A stretch of 64,000 nucleotides of DNA, taken from Chiloscyllium plagiosum (Eukaryota). The DNA lies in contig NC_057759.1 in NCBI RefSeq assembly GCF_004010195.1, positions 6,861,853 through 6,925,852 of the forward strand. The letters are read 5' to 3'. Positions 61,900 through 64,000 of the stretch are shown piece by piece; positions within the stretch are counted from its first letter, which is position 1, and every line of letters begins with the position of its first letter. Made by a program: the position numbers and the translations under genes. Below the pieces are notes generated by a model, which was given only the letters and a program-made list of their open reading frames with translations, was not told where the DNA came from and ran no database searches.

Positions 61900-64000
61900 A
61901 TAGAGAACTTACCCCTTTGTCCCTTGTTCAATTGTGTGACGATCACTGAATTCCCTCCTGTCATCATCCTGGAGTTACAATGAATCAGAAAGCGAACCAA
62001 CATCGCCATATAATTACTATGGCTTCACGTTTAAGTTTGAGAGTAGGAATTCCTCTCGAGTAACGCAAATCCTTCCTCCCAAGCTATATCCACCATCAAC
62101 AAAAAAAAAACATGAATTGATGCATTGGAATACTTCCCACTTACATGGATGACTGTAACTCCAGCAAATTAAAGAAACTGGACACTGCCCAACTTGTGTG
62201 ATGGTACCACATTCACTAAACGTCTCATCTCAGTGGTAGTGAAACTAGTGCATAAACCTTGCATGGAAAACAATAATCTCCATTCAGAGAAGTGAAATTT
62301 TATCACGAATTGTTCCTTTGACAGAGGAAGATCTTACCTTACTAACTTGGTTGCATTTTTCTAAGAGATGACCTAGTGTGTAGATGACGGTAATGCAGTA
62401 CATATAGTTTAGATGAATTACTGCAAAACCTTTGAGATCATCCCACATAGGAGGCTGATAAAGAAGGTAAATATCTATGGCCTTCGGGTAACTTGGGAAA
62501 TTGGAATGCTGCTTGTGTGACTGAAGGCAAGTGTCCAATGGTGTACAACAGGGATCAGTTCTGCGTCACTTATTGTTCATGGTATACATATATGAACAAT
62601 GCATGTCAGTATGTCTGTGATGGGGTTAGGATGGCGGTTACGAAAGATACGTAAATTTGTGGATTATATTAAGTTTTTTTATTGACAGTGAGGAACATTG
62701 TCTTGGTGAAACAAACAGATTAATCAGATGGGCAAATCAGTAGCCGATAGAACTTTCCCCTAATGTTTATGAGGTGATGCAGTGTGTCAGAAATAACAAC
62801 ACAAGAAAGACACTAGGGAGCTCAGAGAAACAGAGGGATCTTGGAATGTTTGTCCGTAAATCTCCAGGTGGCAGGCAGATTAATAGGATAATTAAGAAGG
62901 CATACACGATGCTTGTCTTCTTCAATTTAGGCACAAATTGTAAGAGCAGGGAGTTTGTGTTGGAGATTAACTCAGCTACAGCTGAAGTATTATGTCCACC
63001 TCTTCACTGCACGATAAGAAAGACATGACTGCACTGGACGGGATGCAGATGAGTTTCAGCAGAGTTGCCTGGAATGAAACAGGTTAGTCATGAAAGCATG
63101 CGAGATAAGGTCGGGTTGTATTATTTGGAGCAGAGAAGTGTTATAATTATAATTATCAGATACAATTATCAAATGTTTGGACAGGGTTAGTAGAAGACAG
63201 TTATTCCCCTTACTTGCATGGTCAATAATGAGGGGGCACAAACTTAAGATGAAAGGAAGATTGATTTGACGGAATTTGTGTTTTTTTTTATTTTCACCCA
63301 TGATTCAATGATGTTATCCTCCCTCACAGTGTCACAGAATTACAACACGTGGACTCCAGTTGTTCAAATAAACAGCTCACCACCACCTTCCCAAAGTGGC
63401 AATGAACGATGGGGAAAGCAATGCTGGTCCAAACAAAGGCACTCACATTGCGGGATTGAATCGAAAATGAATAAGTGGACAATATTCAGCACGATTTACA
63501 CCTGCTCAGGCATTGAAAGAAATTCCTCCCGAAAACGAGGAAGGTCTGTACAAAGTTCAATATTGGGCTGATAAATGCCAGACAATGACCAGGCAAACGC
63601 TAACAATTGTCTGTTGGGATTAGCATCACTGAACCACTGATAATCAACATTCTGAAGATTACCATATCTCACTAACAGTACTGGTAAAGCTAAATAATAT
63701 CAGAGCATGTGAGAGGCGAGCATCCTGCAGCGGTTTTCTTGCCTCCTGACTCCACAAATCTTTCCACCATCGACAAGACACAAGTCAAGAGTATGACAAT
63801 ATTATCAATTCTTGCCTTGGTTATTGCAAATTAAAGTATGTAAACACGATGCAGGAGAAAACAGTTCACTTATTCAAGGCGCATCCACAAACATTAATTT
63901 CCCCCACTCCCGATGCACATTACGAGTAATGTGTACATTCTCCAAGATAGTACTAAAGTACACCAATGCTCCTTTCGCAGAAACTACCAAACGTGCAATC
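61900..64000 (+). mobile_element. Degenerate CR1 (about 62285-63300) and CR1/L2-clade fragments
   Basis: GGTGTACAACAGGGATCAGTTCTG (GVQQGSVL), EKQRDLGMFV, and similarity of 63480-64000 to the 8300-8900 element. Confidence 0.65.

Noticed and set aside
61913..61968. Minus-strand AG..GTAAGT bounded 56-nt segment
   Set aside because: It lies within the antisense strand of a decayed CR1/L2 fragment, so chance splice-like sites are likely.

Overview
This is vertebrate genomic DNA, most likely from a shark (elasmobranch). That call is an inference from the many HE1/V-SINE copies with (TAATC)n tails, the matching CR1/HER1-type LINEs and the other repeat families. Most of the window is transposon-derived. 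It holds many CR1 and CR1/L2-type LINE fragments, about 9 HE1 SINE copies or fragments, and several Penelope-like (GIY-YIG) families. A 13 kb nest of Gypsy LTR elements with the Gmr1-like integrase-before-RT order lies at 36-49 kb. There is also a degenerate ~32-bp minisatellite and a 711-N assembly gap. The only convincing host-gene content is a minus-strand cluster of Ig-superfamily exons at 27.8-35.8 kb: one intact 297-bp phase 1-1 C2-type exon with LILR/IGSF1-like motifs, three related pseudo-exons, and several weaker candidate small exons. The most notable structural theme is the Penelope-derived insertions. They are short to medium inverted repeats (palindromes) with 12-14 bp target-site duplications, a ~35-50 nt tail on one arm only, and minimal hammerhead-ribozyme cores. 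All calls come from reading and translating the sequence by hand. No database searches were run, and many repeat boundaries are approximate.
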